DNA of 38,965 bases from Pseudomonadota bacterium (GCA_039197405.1 JBCCUH010000001.1:1-38965), one strand, 5' to 3'. Shown: positions 26,985-35,783, numbered from the stretch's first letter. The notes: generated from the sequence alone by a model not told the origin. Numbers and translations: made by a program.

Positions 26985-29045
26985 CTACCCGAAATCATCC
27001 ACGTCTGAGGCGTCACCAGCACTGCCAGATCCGGCCACAACGCTGGCTGCATCCATGGGCAGGCTCATCAGGCCGGGAATGGACTTGAGCGGCACCAGCT
27101 GGCCGCGTGATGGAATACCGGCGAGCGTCAGGGGGTTGGGGGCAGGGTGTGCGCCAGGGATCCGGCTCGCTGATTGCGTCCACACGCCACCGGCCCATTC
27201 CGTGCCCTTGAACAGGTCCAGCAGGCCCTGGATCTGCTTATTGGCGATGAACAGCTGCGGCTCTGCCTTTGTGCCGGCGACACGCAACCCAAATCGGGCC
27301 AGCTTCTCATTGGCGCGCTTCTGGCGCTCTCGGGCGTCCACATCGTCATAGCTGCTATCGCCGCTCAGCTGCGACACAAGGCTTTTTGGCGCGCCGGGCA
27401 GGTTGGCGGCCGCCAGGATCCACTGCGCGACCGTGTAGTGGTCTCCGCGGCTCCAGGGCTCCAGGGGCTGACCCATCAGGTGCAGCACCATTGCGTCCGC
27501 GTCGTTCATGGTATCGTCGCGGCCCGCATGGGCGACAAAGGCGATCTTCTTGGCCCAGCTGGCTGTCGTGCCTTCATCCGGCATGTCTTCCTGCGTGGCC
27601 ATGTCGGCCATGGCCAGCACGGTGGACCAGTTGTCAGCGTCTCGGCCGGTCACGCCGGCCGTCTCCAGCTCATGCCGCCAGATTGACAACCGTTCGGGCC
27701 ATGTCTCCCAGCGCTCGATCAGCAGCTGCTTGAGGATCGCACCGCGCCGGCGCCAGGTGCGCGGCTGCAGGTTCAGCTTGGCCACCTTTTCGTCCAGAGG
27801 TTTCAGCTCCAGCCGGATCAGGCGCTGCACATCCTGCGTCTTCATGACGCCGGGGATCAGGATCGAGGAAAACAGGAACGCAGAATAGACCTTGCCGCCT
27901 ATGCCAGACTGATCCGCAGATCCACGGAACCACTCGCCACCGGAGGCCGCAACGCGGGCCAACATGATGATGTCGCGCTCTTTCGTCGATCGCTCGTCGC
28001 CAGGCTCCAGCTCGTCCACCGAAACGGGCAGGCTCGACTGCCCAAGCTTCGACGTGATGCCCGATTTGGTGGCGTCGGTGGTCTGCACCAGGCCCGCATC
28101 ACCATGCAACAGCTTGATCATCTTCTGCAGCTCGGACTTGCCCGCGCCGGCCGGGGCCAACAGCCAGAACACCGGCCGCCAATCGAGCGCGCCGCCCATC
28201 ATCTGCACGCAGATCATGCCAAGCACCAGAAAAGGCTGCACATCGGGCTGCGTCCAGTTCCAGGTCTGCAGCGTGCGCATGATTTCGGGCACCGGATCGG
28301 TGGGGGTGTCGCCGTCATGTGGGTGCGGGATCATGGGTTGCGCGGGGTAGATGTGCCCCGCCACGCGGCCGGGCTTGTGCTTTTTGCCCTGGTGCAGCAC
28401 CACGTCGCCGGTGTGATAGACCAGGTTGCCATCCTCATCGGTCCAGGCACCCACGCCGCGCACCGCATTGTCAGGGTTGAACGTGCCCAGCTCAGAGCAC
28501 GCCGAATACATAACCATCGCGGCACCGTAGGCGTTGAATTTGCCAGGGATCCGCTCTTTCTCGCCATCGTCGTTGGTGCGCCACTGCGCGAAGTGATAGC
28601 AAAGCTTGGCCACCTGATGCCCAAACATGGACATGAGGTTGTGCCCCTCCAGCTTCTTCGCCTTGCGCATCTGGCCCAGCACGTCGAGGAAATAGTGCTG
28701 ATCGCCATGGATCCCCAAGGGCACCACCGGGCAATCGTCGAAGATCTCCCCGCGCTTGCGCCCCGATGGGCCAGGCCCGCCGCCAGGCGGCTGCTTTGGC
28801 GGCTTGGCCGGCGGCGCGGATCCGCCCGCCGGCGGAACCTCGGGCGCGTTTTCCAGCGCATCGCGGAGTTCTTCGGGGGTGGGGGCGCGATCGGCCTGGT
28901 GATCAGCCAGGGTTTCCACCTTGCTGGGCTTCTTCGGCCGCTTCGGCGCTTTCTTCGACGCCGGCTTTTTGGCTGCAGGCTTGACCGGCGCCAGGCTCTT
29001 GCTGTTGTCCTCCAGCCAAGACATGTCTGGGGCGTCGTCACTCAC
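26985..29045 (-). CDS. Replicative helicase / origin-binding AAA+ ATPase
   Basis: Walker A APAGAGKS, Walker B VSVDELE, RGSADQ, QDVQR; GTG overlaps the upstream stop. Confidence 0.82.
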   Translation of the reverse strand: MSDDAPDMSWLEDNSKSLAPVKPAAKKPASKKAPKRPKKPSKVETLADHQADRAPTPEELRDALENAPEVPPAGGSAPPAKPPKQPPGGGPGPSGRKRGEIFDDCPVVPLGIHGDQHYFLDVLGQMRKAKKLEGHNLMSMFGHQVAKLCYHFAQWRTNDDGEKERIPGKFNAYGAAMVMYSACSELGTFNPDNAVRGVGAWTDEDGNLVYHTGDVVLHQGKKHKPGRVAGHIYPAQPMIPHPHDGDTPTDPVPEIMRTLQTWNWTQPDVQPFLVLGMICVQMMGGALDWRPVFWLLAPAGAGKSELQKMIKLLHGDAGLVQTTDATKSGITSKLGQSSLPVSVDELEPGDERSTKERDIIMLARVAASGGEWFRGSADQSGIGGKVYSAFLFSSILIPGVMKTQDVQRLIRLELKPLDEKVAKLNLQPRTWRRRGAILKQLLIERWETWPERLSIWRHELETAGVTGRDADNWSTVLAMADMATQEDMPDEGTTASWAKKIAFVAHAGRDDTMNDADAMVLHLMGQPLEPWSRGDHYTVAQWILAAANLPGAPKSLVSQLSGDSSYDDVDARERQKRANEKLARFGLRVAGTKAEPQLFIANKQIQGLLDLFKGTEWAGGVWTQSASRIPGAHPAPNPLTLAGIPSRGQLVPLKSIPGLMSLPMDAASVVAGSGSAGDASDVDDFG

Positions 29046-29599
29046 TTGCAGGACCTCAAAAACAATCCAAACCACGCTGTCAGCAGCATGATCAAAGAGG
29101 ATGGCAGGGGGATGGGGTTGAGCGCGGGCTGGTCGCTACTCCAGCCTTCCGGGTGCTGTGCATCTACCCTCGGCCCACTGCCCGACCAAAAGATCGGGCC
29201 GCCGATTTTTACAGGTTCCCATGGCTCCTGATGCTTTCGCCATGAAGTGGTTTTAGCTGCCCACTTTGCCGCGCTCAGAAGGTGTGTCCGAACTGCATCC
29301 TTCCGGGTAGCAGACGCCCACGCTGTGGCATGGGACGCTGTGGCAATAGACACACCGCCAGAAGGCGGAAGACATTCGAAATGCGGGTCCAACCCGCCAA
29401 CGGTCCAGGCGCATGTCTCACGCAGGCCCAGCTTCTCGCCCAGATAGTCGCCAGGCTTGCGGAACAAGACCCGGCCTGTTTCCAGGTCCCATTCCATCCA
29501 CATCGCTTCGGGATCATCGGCTTGCGACACGAACCCGTTCAACGTGGACGCCGGCGCGCTACTCGCCACCAGCAGGAGAAAGAGCGCGAGCCGCGTCAT
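29042..29599 (-). CDS. Exported protein with VPLPA-CTERM-like sorting signal
   Basis: Signal peptide MTRLALFLLLVASSAPA; C-terminal PIPLPSSLIMLLTAWFGLFLRSCK. Confidence 0.75.
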   Translation of the reverse strand: MTRLALFLLLVASSAPASTLNGFVSQADDPEAMWMEWDLETGRVLFRKPGDYLGEKLGLRETCAWTVGGLDPHFECLPPSGGVSIATASHATAWASATRKDAVRTHLLSAAKWAAKTTSWRKHQEPWEPVKIGGPIFWSGSGPRVDAQHPEGWSSDQPALNPIPLPSSLIMLLTAWFGLFLRSCK

Positions 29600-29913
29600 G
29601 CTCGCCGCCACGTTGCGAATTTGGCGGGTTTCAGTCTGCGGCCGTGGTTGTCGGCCTCGGGGTGGTCAGGCCCATAAGCGCGATAGGTGTCCTCGGGCTC
29701 ACTGTACGCCATGCCGTCGATGATCAGCCGGCTGGCCACTGGCACGGGCAGCTCCATCATGTTGGTCAAATCGCGCAGCTCTTTCAGCGCGTGCACGCAC
29801 GACCAGGATGCGACTGCATAGCGACAGGCTTGACGCAGCGCGCGGGGCAGCTGGTCAAAGGCGTTGAGGTCTTCGTGCACGTTCGTTTCGACGCTGCCGT
29901 AGCCGTTATTCAT
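29596..29913 (-). CDS. DUF6525-like protein
   Basis: AFDQLPRALRQ-x4-AVASWS motif. Confidence 0.6.
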   Translation of the reverse strand: MNNGYGSVETNVHEDLNAFDQLPRALRQACRYAVASWSCVHALKELRDLTNMMELPVPVASRLIIDGMAYSEPEDTYRAYGPDHPEADNHGRRLKPAKFATWRRA

Positions 29914-30367
29914 ACGCCGGCGCCTTCGCGATCGCCTCGATCCACCACCACGCCTCGCCTTCGCTTTCGGCCGGGCCGGTGAACGGCTTTTTCACGGGTT
30001 TGCCGTTGCAGGGATCACAGAACACCTGGTTGCCGATCGCGACAACACAGTGATTGACGCCGCGCGTACCCATGCCGGTGATGATCACCGGGACGCCCGG
30101 CGAGAAATGCTCCAGCGTGCCCATCAGCTGCCGAAAGGTGATGTCCGCGCCGTAGACCGACTGAAAGACGCTTAGGCCCTGCGGCCGCAGCCAGTCTCGC
30201 ACGCCCTCGATGCCGCTCGCATTTTCCGGGCTGCCATCACAGAAGTGCGGAACCTCGGCGGGATCCAGGCCCATCAGCATGGCGATGCAGGTGCGGTAGC
30301 AGTCACCCCACTTACCATTCTCGGGATCGTGCGTGATCAGCTGCTTGCGACGCATGAGCTTTGTCAT
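29906..30367 (-). CDS. Papain-fold (C39-like) cysteine peptidase candidate
   Basis: Q...GDCYRTCIA, HCVV, DP; start MTKLMRRK by ATGA overlap. Confidence 0.65.
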   Translation of the reverse strand: MTKLMRRKQLITHDPENGKWGDCYRTCIAMLMGLDPAEVPHFCDGSPENASGIEGVRDWLRPQGLSVFQSVYGADITFRQLMGTLEHFSPGVPVIITGMGTRGVNHCVVAIGNQVFCDPCNGKPVKKPFTGPAESEGEAWWWIEAIAKAPAYE

Positions 30368-30618
30368 ACCGGCACCGGCTGCAGGTCGCGCATGAACGCC
30401 ACCAGATCCTTGCGGTGGGTTTCGGAGCGGATCTGGTAGCACAGCACGTGCCCGAAATCGGGATCTGGCGGCAGGGACCAGTTCCAGCCCAAGGCGTAAC
30501 AATCGTTCATCGGCCCTTCGGTCACGTCGCCGATGTCGGAAAAGGCGCGGATGTAAGCGCCCTGCGGCACCGGGCAATCGCCCCCGGTGTGGTCGATCAA
30601 TGGCCCCCAGCTGGTCAT
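30364..30618 (-). CDS. Small phage protein
   Basis: HTGGDCPVP...W-x-W...VLCYQI pattern; coupled on both sides. Confidence 0.75.
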   Translation of the reverse strand: MTSWGPLIDHTGGDCPVPQGAYIRAFSDIGDVTEGPMNDCYALGWNWSLPPDPDFGHVLCYQIRSETHRKDLVAFMRDLQPVPV

Positions 30619-31784
30619 GCTGCCCCCTTGTCAGTTTGTGCGGCGCGCAGGGCATCGTTCAGATCCTTGCCGCCCCATTGGTTTTGGAAAAGCCGCACCG
30701 TGCGGCCGGCGTTTTGGTGGCGCGCCAGGGCGCGTTGCAGCGCCTCCCGCGCGGTGTCGCTGTCATCCAGATCCGCCACGATCGTCACGGCCGACACGCA
30801 GGCGGGCAGATCAATGGCGCCCAGGTTGCTGAGCGAGTAGGCCGCGAACACGCGGGCATCCGGTTTCAGGCAGGCCGCGCTCAAGGCGTCCTCGATGCCC
30901 TCGGTGATCAGGATGTGCTGCCCTGGGGCTGCATCTTTCAGACTGCAGGGCTTGCCGCCGCGCGGCCCAAGCCCTTTCCAGATCTGGATCCCGGTACGCT
31001 TCCGCCAGCCCAGCACCTTCTTGGGCTTCATGATCGGGGCCTTATCCCACAGCCCTGCGGCATTGCGCTGCAGGTAGGTCCGGTGGATCCCGGCCGGCTT
31101 GCCCGCCTTGTCCGTGAACAGCGCGACCATCGCCGGATAGCGGCCGTCCTCGTATTCGCCGGTCTTTTCGTCTGTGTGCTGATAGTAGCAATCCGGCACG
31201 AACCGGATCACGCCAGGCTGGCGGGGCAGGGTGGCCAGATCCACGCCGCGTGTGTCGCGCAGATAGTGGTGCACCGGCGTGTCGCGCAGCTGCTGCTGGC
31301 CCGAAAGATAGATCGCCAGAGCCTGGTTTTCCCGCTTGCTGCGCTTGTCCTGGTCGGCGCGGTCCTGCTGCGCGCGCCGGCGTTTCAGCTCGGCCGCCCG
31401 TTGCTCCTGGCGCCGGCGTTCCTCCGGGCTCTGGGTGCTCAGCCCCAGGAAGGCCCGCGCCTCGGTCAGCGCCCCGCGCGTGTCACAGCCGCAGCTGAGT
31501 GCGATCAGATCCAGGATGTCGCCCGTGGCGAAATCGCACTTGGCGCGCGATCCCGGCAGAGGCGGCATAGCATGATCCGCCCACCGCCCGGCGCCGGATC
31601 CGTTCATGTGTACGTAGAATGACCCGACGCTGCGATCAGCGCGGCCGGGGTTCAGGGTGAAATACTTGCCAAAGGCCGTGTGCGCGCCGGGCGCCGCCGG
31701 CGCATAGTGATCGACCACCTGGTCGATCCGCGCCAGCAGCATGTCCTTGATCTGATCAAGGCTGTATGTCTCCCGGCCTGCCAT
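30615..31784 (-). CDS. Toprim DNA primase
   Basis: GIHRTYL, ITEGIEDALS, ADLDD, KDLND. Confidence 0.92.
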   Translation of the reverse strand: MAGRETYSLDQIKDMLLARIDQVVDHYAPAAPGAHTAFGKYFTLNPGRADRSVGSFYVHMNGSGAGRWADHAMPPLPGSRAKCDFATGDILDLIALSCGCDTRGALTEARAFLGLSTQSPEERRRQEQRAAELKRRRAQQDRADQDKRSKRENQALAIYLSGQQQLRDTPVHHYLRDTRGVDLATLPRQPGVIRFVPDCYYQHTDEKTGEYEDGRYPAMVALFTDKAGKPAGIHRTYLQRNAAGLWDKAPIMKPKKVLGWRKRTGIQIWKGLGPRGGKPCSLKDAAPGQHILITEGIEDALSAACLKPDARVFAAYSLSNLGAIDLPACVSAVTIVADLDDSDTAREALQRALARHQNAGRTVRLFQNQWGGKDLNDALRAAQTDKGAA

Positions 31785-31787
31785 GGG

Positions 31788-31952
31788 TCACTTGCCTTCT
31801 TCCGGCAGCGGGATGCAGTTGGTCTGCAGGCCGTGAAGAATGACGCCTTCGCAGGTGAAGACTGTCCACATGTTCGTGACGCCGATGATGATCAACATAA
31901 AGACGATCAACCCAAAAGCGATGTCTACGCTATCAACTCGAAACCGCCTCAT
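31788..31952 (-). CDS. 54-aa membrane protein
   Basis: MRRFRVDSVDIAFGLIVFMLIIIGV...; ATGA overlap. Confidence 0.65.
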   Translation of the reverse strand: MRRFRVDSVDIAFGLIVFMLIIIGVTNMWTVFTCEGVILHGLQTNCIPLPEEGK

Positions 31953-32281
31953 GCGCCTGTCCACGCATCGTAGGTCGCTGCGAAGATCTCGGGCTTGCAG
32001 GGATACAGCTCGCCCGCAACCCCGCGGATGATCCAATCGCCGGGATCGGCGCGGTGAATGCCTTCCAGCGTGCCGATGTAGAGATAGGATCCGTGGCGAC
32101 AGACCTCGCTTTCGCGCAACTCGCCACTGATGGGTTCGGCGCTCACGTCGCGGACAACGCCGGGAAACCAGCCAGGGCAGCTGCCCTTGATCACCTTGCC
32201 GTTGGCGATCACGTCGCCGACCAAGGTGCCATCGAAATAGGCAGCGTCGATCACCACGGGTTTTTTGCGGAATTTTGCCAT
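31949..32281 (-). CDS. Conserved phage protein (KFRKKPVV...PGDWII...YPCKP type)
   Basis: Recognisable motif set; RBS AGGAG. Confidence 0.85.
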   Translation of the reverse strand: MAKFRKKPVVIDAAYFDGTLVGDVIANGKVIKGSCPGWFPGVVRDVSAEPISGELRESEVCRHGSYLYIGTLEGIHRADPGDWIIRGVAGELYPCKPEIFAATYDAWTGA

Positions 32282-32299
32282 TGTCAGCTCCTTTTCGTT

Positions 32300-32746
32300 T
32301 TACATGTCCATGATCGACTTGCCCGCGCCGACCTTTGCGATCGGCGGCCGCGCCCATTCCGGCAGTTTCACGACCACTTCGCCGACGCGCGGGGCATGGG
32401 CGATCGGCATCTGCTTGGCAGGCCGCTTGCCAGGCGCCAGCTGGCACCAGGGCGCCATTTGCGTGACAGCACCACCGCGCGCATGGATCTTGATTGGCAA
32501 GCCATTGGGATCGTCGATGCTGCCCAGTTTGATGCTCAGCAGATGGTTTTTGCCTTTGTCGTCGCACAGCGTCAGCACAAAGGTGTCTTTGTCGGGATCC
32601 AGGGCGCGCCCAAAGCGCTTCAGCTGTGCATCGGCGACGACGCTGATTTTCACGAACTGCCCGGCACTTACTTCTCCTTGGGAAATCGAGATACCGGAGC
32701 CCGCGGGCTTCGAGCCATCGAATGGCAGGATCTTAAGTGGGGGCAT
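32300..32746 (-). CDS. Hypothetical beta-rich protein
   Basis: Start MPPLKILP with TGATG overlap. Confidence 0.7.
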   Translation of the reverse strand: MPPLKILPFDGSKPAGSGISISQGEVSAGQFVKISVVADAQLKRFGRALDPDKDTFVLTLCDDKGKNHLLSIKLGSIDDPNGLPIKIHARGGAVTQMAPWCQLAPGKRPAKQMPIAHAPRVGEVVVKLPEWARPPIAKVGAGKSIMDM

Positions 32747-33180
32747 CAGGTTTGATCCTCCACGATCTGCCAATCCTCGGCCATCATGTCCGTCAGGCTG
32801 CACAGCCAGGGCACCAGCTTGCCATCGGCGGTTTTCATCCAAGGATGCGCGGTCAGCGTGCCATCCATGTCGGGCAGCTCGGTGACAGAAAACTGATCGC
32901 CCTGGTCGTACGGCTCGATCAGCCGCAGCCACATGCCTTTGCCATTCCAGCCGGCGCGCGCCACGCGGTGCCCGTCCTTCAGCGCCTGCAGGGCGTGCCC
33001 GAAATTCATGGCCGTGATCGGCTGGTAGGCCGCCTCGAACACTTCCTTCGGCGACCAGCTGATGTAGCCATCTTCGTATTTGACGGCATAGCCTTCGCCG
33101 GGGCGCAGCACATCATCCACTTCTGGGTTGTCGTCGCGCCAGGCCGTGACCCGTTTCGTGCCGTAATAGTCTTGTGTCAT
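32746..33180 (-). CDS. DUF2829 / Tad2-like nucleotide-signal sponge with extra N-terminal domain
   Basis: MNFGHALQALKDGHRVARAGWNGKGM...MKTADGKLVPWLCSLTDMMAEDW. Confidence 0.85.
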   Translation of the reverse strand: MTQDYYGTKRVTAWRDDNPEVDDVLRPGEGYAVKYEDGYISWSPKEVFEAAYQPITAMNFGHALQALKDGHRVARAGWNGKGMWLRLIEPYDQGDQFSVTELPDMDGTLTAHPWMKTADGKLVPWLCSLTDMMAEDWQIVEDQT

Positions 33181-33521
33181 GTCTGCGTTTCCTTCTCTTC
33201 AGGTTGGGATTTCTGCGCCTGGAACACTTCGTAAGACCGCGCCGCGCGCCAGCGGCCAAAGTCCGCCAGCACGGCGATCGCGTCGTAGTATTCGCGGCCG
33301 TTGGTATCGCCGGTTTCAAACTGGCGGATGTAGCCATGCACCGGGCCAAGCATCGGCGCGATGATGGGGTGATCCTGGCTCACATGTGGCAACACATCCT
33401 GCAGGATGGCGGTCCACATTTTCTTTTGCTCGGGTCGCTTGTGGATCTCGAAGACGATCTCCATCAGCGTGAAGATCAGCGTCTGATCAGCGGCTGTGAC
33501 GGGATCCCACTTCTCAGCCAT
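33177..33521 (-). CDS. Hypothetical protein
   Basis: Start MAEKWDP; coupled to neighbours. Confidence 0.7.
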   Translation of the reverse strand: MAEKWDPVTAADQTLIFTLMEIVFEIHKRPEQKKMWTAILQDVLPHVSQDHPIIAPMLGPVHGYIRQFETGDTNGREYYDAIAVLADFGRWRAARSYEVFQAQKSQPEEKETQT

Positions 33522-33837
33522 TGATGTCTTTCCGATCTGCCCAGGCATCCAGCTCCGGAACAGCGCGTTCATCTTCGGCGCTGGCCCGGTTGGCATCGTC
33601 CACCGCGTACAGCAGCGTCTGCGCTTGGTCGGACAGACCTTCGGGATCGTCGCGCACCAGCGGGAAGTGGGTTGCAAAGGCGGTGATCGCGCGAAACAGC
33701 GGGTTGTCGCTGGCCAAAGCTTCCTCCGCTTTGCCGCGCAGATCGTCCACATCGTTCTGGGTGAGCGTGCCGCACTTGGCCCGCAACGTTACATCGAAGG
33801 CCAGAAACCGAACACCAACAGCAGGATCATAGGGCAT
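33514..33837 (-). CDS. Hypothetical protein
   Basis: Start MPYDPAV after GGGGG; ends WADRKDING. Confidence 0.7.
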   Translation of the reverse strand: MPYDPAVGVRFLAFDVTLRAKCGTLTQNDVDDLRGKAEEALASDNPLFRAITAFATHFPLVRDDPEGLSDQAQTLLYAVDDANRASAEDERAVPELDAWADRKDING

Positions 33838-33850
33838 GGCACGCCCCCGG

Positions 33851-33888
33851 AAAAAAGCGGCCGCGGAGCCGGGACGGACCCCGCAGCC
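33851..33888 (-). terminator. Intrinsic terminator downstream of cro
   Basis: GGCTGCGGGG-loop-CTCCGCGGCC then GCTTTTTT. Confidence 0.65.
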
Positions 33889-33970
33889 AGGTGCCCTGCC
33901 ACCGCACCGAAACCGAGGTAAGGGTTTGCGATTGGGAGGCTGGCAGGGGGGAAGGGAGACGCATGGCGGA

Positions 33971-34285
33971 TCACTCCGCGGCCAGGGATTTGAGGCCGGG
34001 CAACGCAGCAATCCCCTGGTCACGCATCTGGTCCTGCAGGGCGTGCACTTCCTCGATCGACGCGCCCCAGATCAGGTGCTCAGCGGTCAACGGAATGTTG
34101 TTGCGCCTGGAATATCGCAGGACCCTGCGGTTGGCTCGTGGGGGCAGATCACCGGGATCCCGCCACTTAGACCCGTTTTTCCAGGCATAGGCCGCTTTTT
34201 CGTTTTGACCCGCGATCGCGCCCAGGTTTGCCAAAGGCGCAACCAGGCGCTCGCATACTTCCAGTGGTGTAAGGTGGCTACTCAT
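33971..34285 (-). CDS. cro: Cro-like HTH regulator
   Basis: HTH-like LGAIAGQNEKAAYAW; divergent from the repressor. Confidence 0.7.
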   Translation of the reverse strand: MSSHLTPLEVCERLVAPLANLGAIAGQNEKAAYAWKNGSKWRDPGDLPPRANRRVLRYSRRNNIPLTAEHLIWGASIEEVHALQDQMRDQGIAALPGLKSLAAE

Positions 34286-34381
34286 GACGCAAGATGTAGA
34301 TGTGAGCTATGTGAGTTGGCAACAAAAAAATTGATAATTTATCACTCGCGACTTGAGTGCATAGTGCCTACCTCAAGACCG
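34286..34381. promoter_or_regulatory. Lysis/lysogeny switch region with candidate operators
   Basis: AT-rich; palindrome TGATAATTTATCA 34332-34344; ATGTGAG repeats, also present at 35202. Confidence 0.6.
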
Positions 34382-35002
34382 ATGGATGACAAGTGGTTTA
34401 AGTCAAAGCAAAAATTGGCAGGCGTGACCGCCGAAGATATTGCGAAAATTATTGGCCGCGATCGGTCGGTTGTTTCTCACATTTACAACAGGCGCCAGAA
34501 AATGAGCCCCGAATGGGCCCAAGCTTTCGCGCAGGCGCTCGAAGTTCCGATCGAAGAAGTTTACGAGCGCGCCGGCATTCTTCCAAAGGATCTGGCGCCT
34601 CGAATTGCTCCCGGGTTCTCTGATAGCGATGCGGCAGCTTGGGTCGGAAAGCCCGGCGCCACTCAAAAGGTCGATCAAATGGCGGCTGCAATGGGGGGCG
34701 GCAAGCCTGGCATTGACGTTTGGCAGGTAAAGTCCGACAGCTTGTCCTTAATGGGCTATTTGCCTAATGATTTTATCTTGGTGGATATGCGGAAGCCCGA
34801 CAGAGCGAAGCCTGGCGACGTTGTGATTGCGCAGCACTACAATGGGCAGACCGGCACCGCCGCGACGCTGCTGCGACGCTTTGAGCCGCCGGTGCTCGTG
34901 GCGGCGACCACCAAGGGCGAAGACCACCGCGTCCATGTGGTCGATGGCAACAACGTGGTGATTAGGGGTGTGGTTACAGCGCTTTGGAGGGAGCCGAACT
35001 AG
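34382..35002 (+). CDS. cI: CI-like repressor (HTH plus S24-like domain)
   Basis: HTH AEDIAKIIGRDRSVVSHI; VKSDSL, D-x-ILVD, PGDVVIA; start MDDKWFK. Confidence 0.9.
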   Translation: MDDKWFKSKQKLAGVTAEDIAKIIGRDRSVVSHIYNRRQKMSPEWAQAFAQALEVPIEEVYERAGILPKDLAPRIAPGFSDSDAAAWVGKPGATQKVDQMAAAMGGGKPGIDVWQVKSDSLSLMGYLPNDFILVDMRKPDRAKPGDVVIAQHYNGQTGTAATLLRRFEPPVLVAATTKGEDHRVHVVDGNNVVIRGVVTALWREPN

Positions 35003-35004
35003 TA

Positions 35005-35202
35005 GTGCGGATAGTTTTAACCATCGTTTTATTCACTGTCTTTTCGGGGCTTTTGTCCGCCGCGCTGGCTTTGGTTTTGATCGCGGCTGGCGCATCGCAC
35101 AACCTAGAAAACACTGTGCTATTCCTCGGCTTGCCGATACTGCTTTTGGCATCATGGTTGGCGGTCAAGATGGTAGAGGTTCTGTATCCAGATCACAATT
35201 GA
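35005..35202 (+). CDS. Small two-TM membrane protein co-transcribed with cI
   Basis: GTG after GGAGGGAG; strongly hydrophobic; lower GC. Confidence 0.6.
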   Translation: MRIVLTIVLFTVFSGLLSAALALVLIAAGASHNLENTVLFLGLPILLLASWLAVKMVEVLYPDHN

Positions 35203-35256
35203 TGTGAGGAAATATCAAAATATGAGTTGACAGTGTGGGGTGGCCACCCCTAACTC
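35202..35256 (+). promoter_or_regulatory. Early promoter/operator for the xis-int operon
   Basis: TTGACA at 35227; palindrome GGGGTGGCCACCCC in the spacer; TGAGGAAATATCA upstream. Confidence 0.55.
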
Positions 35257-35284
35257 TGAAGTGAAAACAGCTTTGGAGTACGCA

Positions 35285-35545
35285 ATGCTTGCGAAAACCC
35301 CCCCGACATTACCGAACTCGACGGCCGGCCAGATCTCCGATGCCGCGCTGGCGCACATGATCCGTGTGGGCCTGGATGCACAGGTGCATGACCGCATGGA
35401 CGACGCGGGCGGGTGCCTGATGCTGCTCACCTACGCGCAGGTCTGCCGAGAACTGCAGCAGCGCCGCGCCGCCATGGCGCGCATGGGCTTGACCGGCCCC
35501 AACGATCACCTGCGCATTCTGGCGCAAGGCCCGGCCAATGGCTGA
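35285..35545 (+). CDS. Hypothetical protein
   Basis: GGAG RBS before MLAKTPP. Confidence 0.7.
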   Translation: MLAKTPPTLPNSTAGQISDAALAHMIRVGLDAQVHDRMDDAGGCLMLLTYAQVCRELQQRRAAMARMGLTGPNDHLRILAQGPANG

Positions 35546-35783
35546 GCGCTTTGCCTTCACCTTCGATCCGAACGATCTGCGCACGCGCGCCATGACGCCG
35601 GCAGAACGCCGCGGCTTCCGCCATGCCTGCCAGACCCTGCAGCTGTGGGGCGCCCAGATCGAGCGCAACGCCACGGGCCTGGAGGGTCAGGGGGAGAAGG
35701 TTTCCCTGGACGAGCAGATGAAATCCAGCGCGCGCATGCTGCAGGGCTGCGCGAGCGCGATGGAGCGGACATTGGGCCGCTGA
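35538..35783 (+). CDS. Hypothetical protein
   Basis: Overlaps the previous gene; GC3-rich codon pattern. Confidence 0.7.
   Translation: MAERFAFTFDPNDLRTRAMTPAERRGFRHACQTLQLWGAQIERNATGLEGQGEKVSLDEQMKSSARMLQGCASAMERTLGR

Noticed and set aside
26543-27052. 169-aa and other ORFs across the origin
   Set aside because: Translations simply mirror the iterons and the GCAC tract
6868-31622. Long + strand ORFs (6868..8190, 12772..13860, 28104..29231, 30600..31622)
   Set aside because: Antisense shadows of GC-rich real genes with no recognisable motifs
34332-34344. Fur box
   Set aside because: 6-1-6 rather than 7-1-7 spacing; position fits a phage operator
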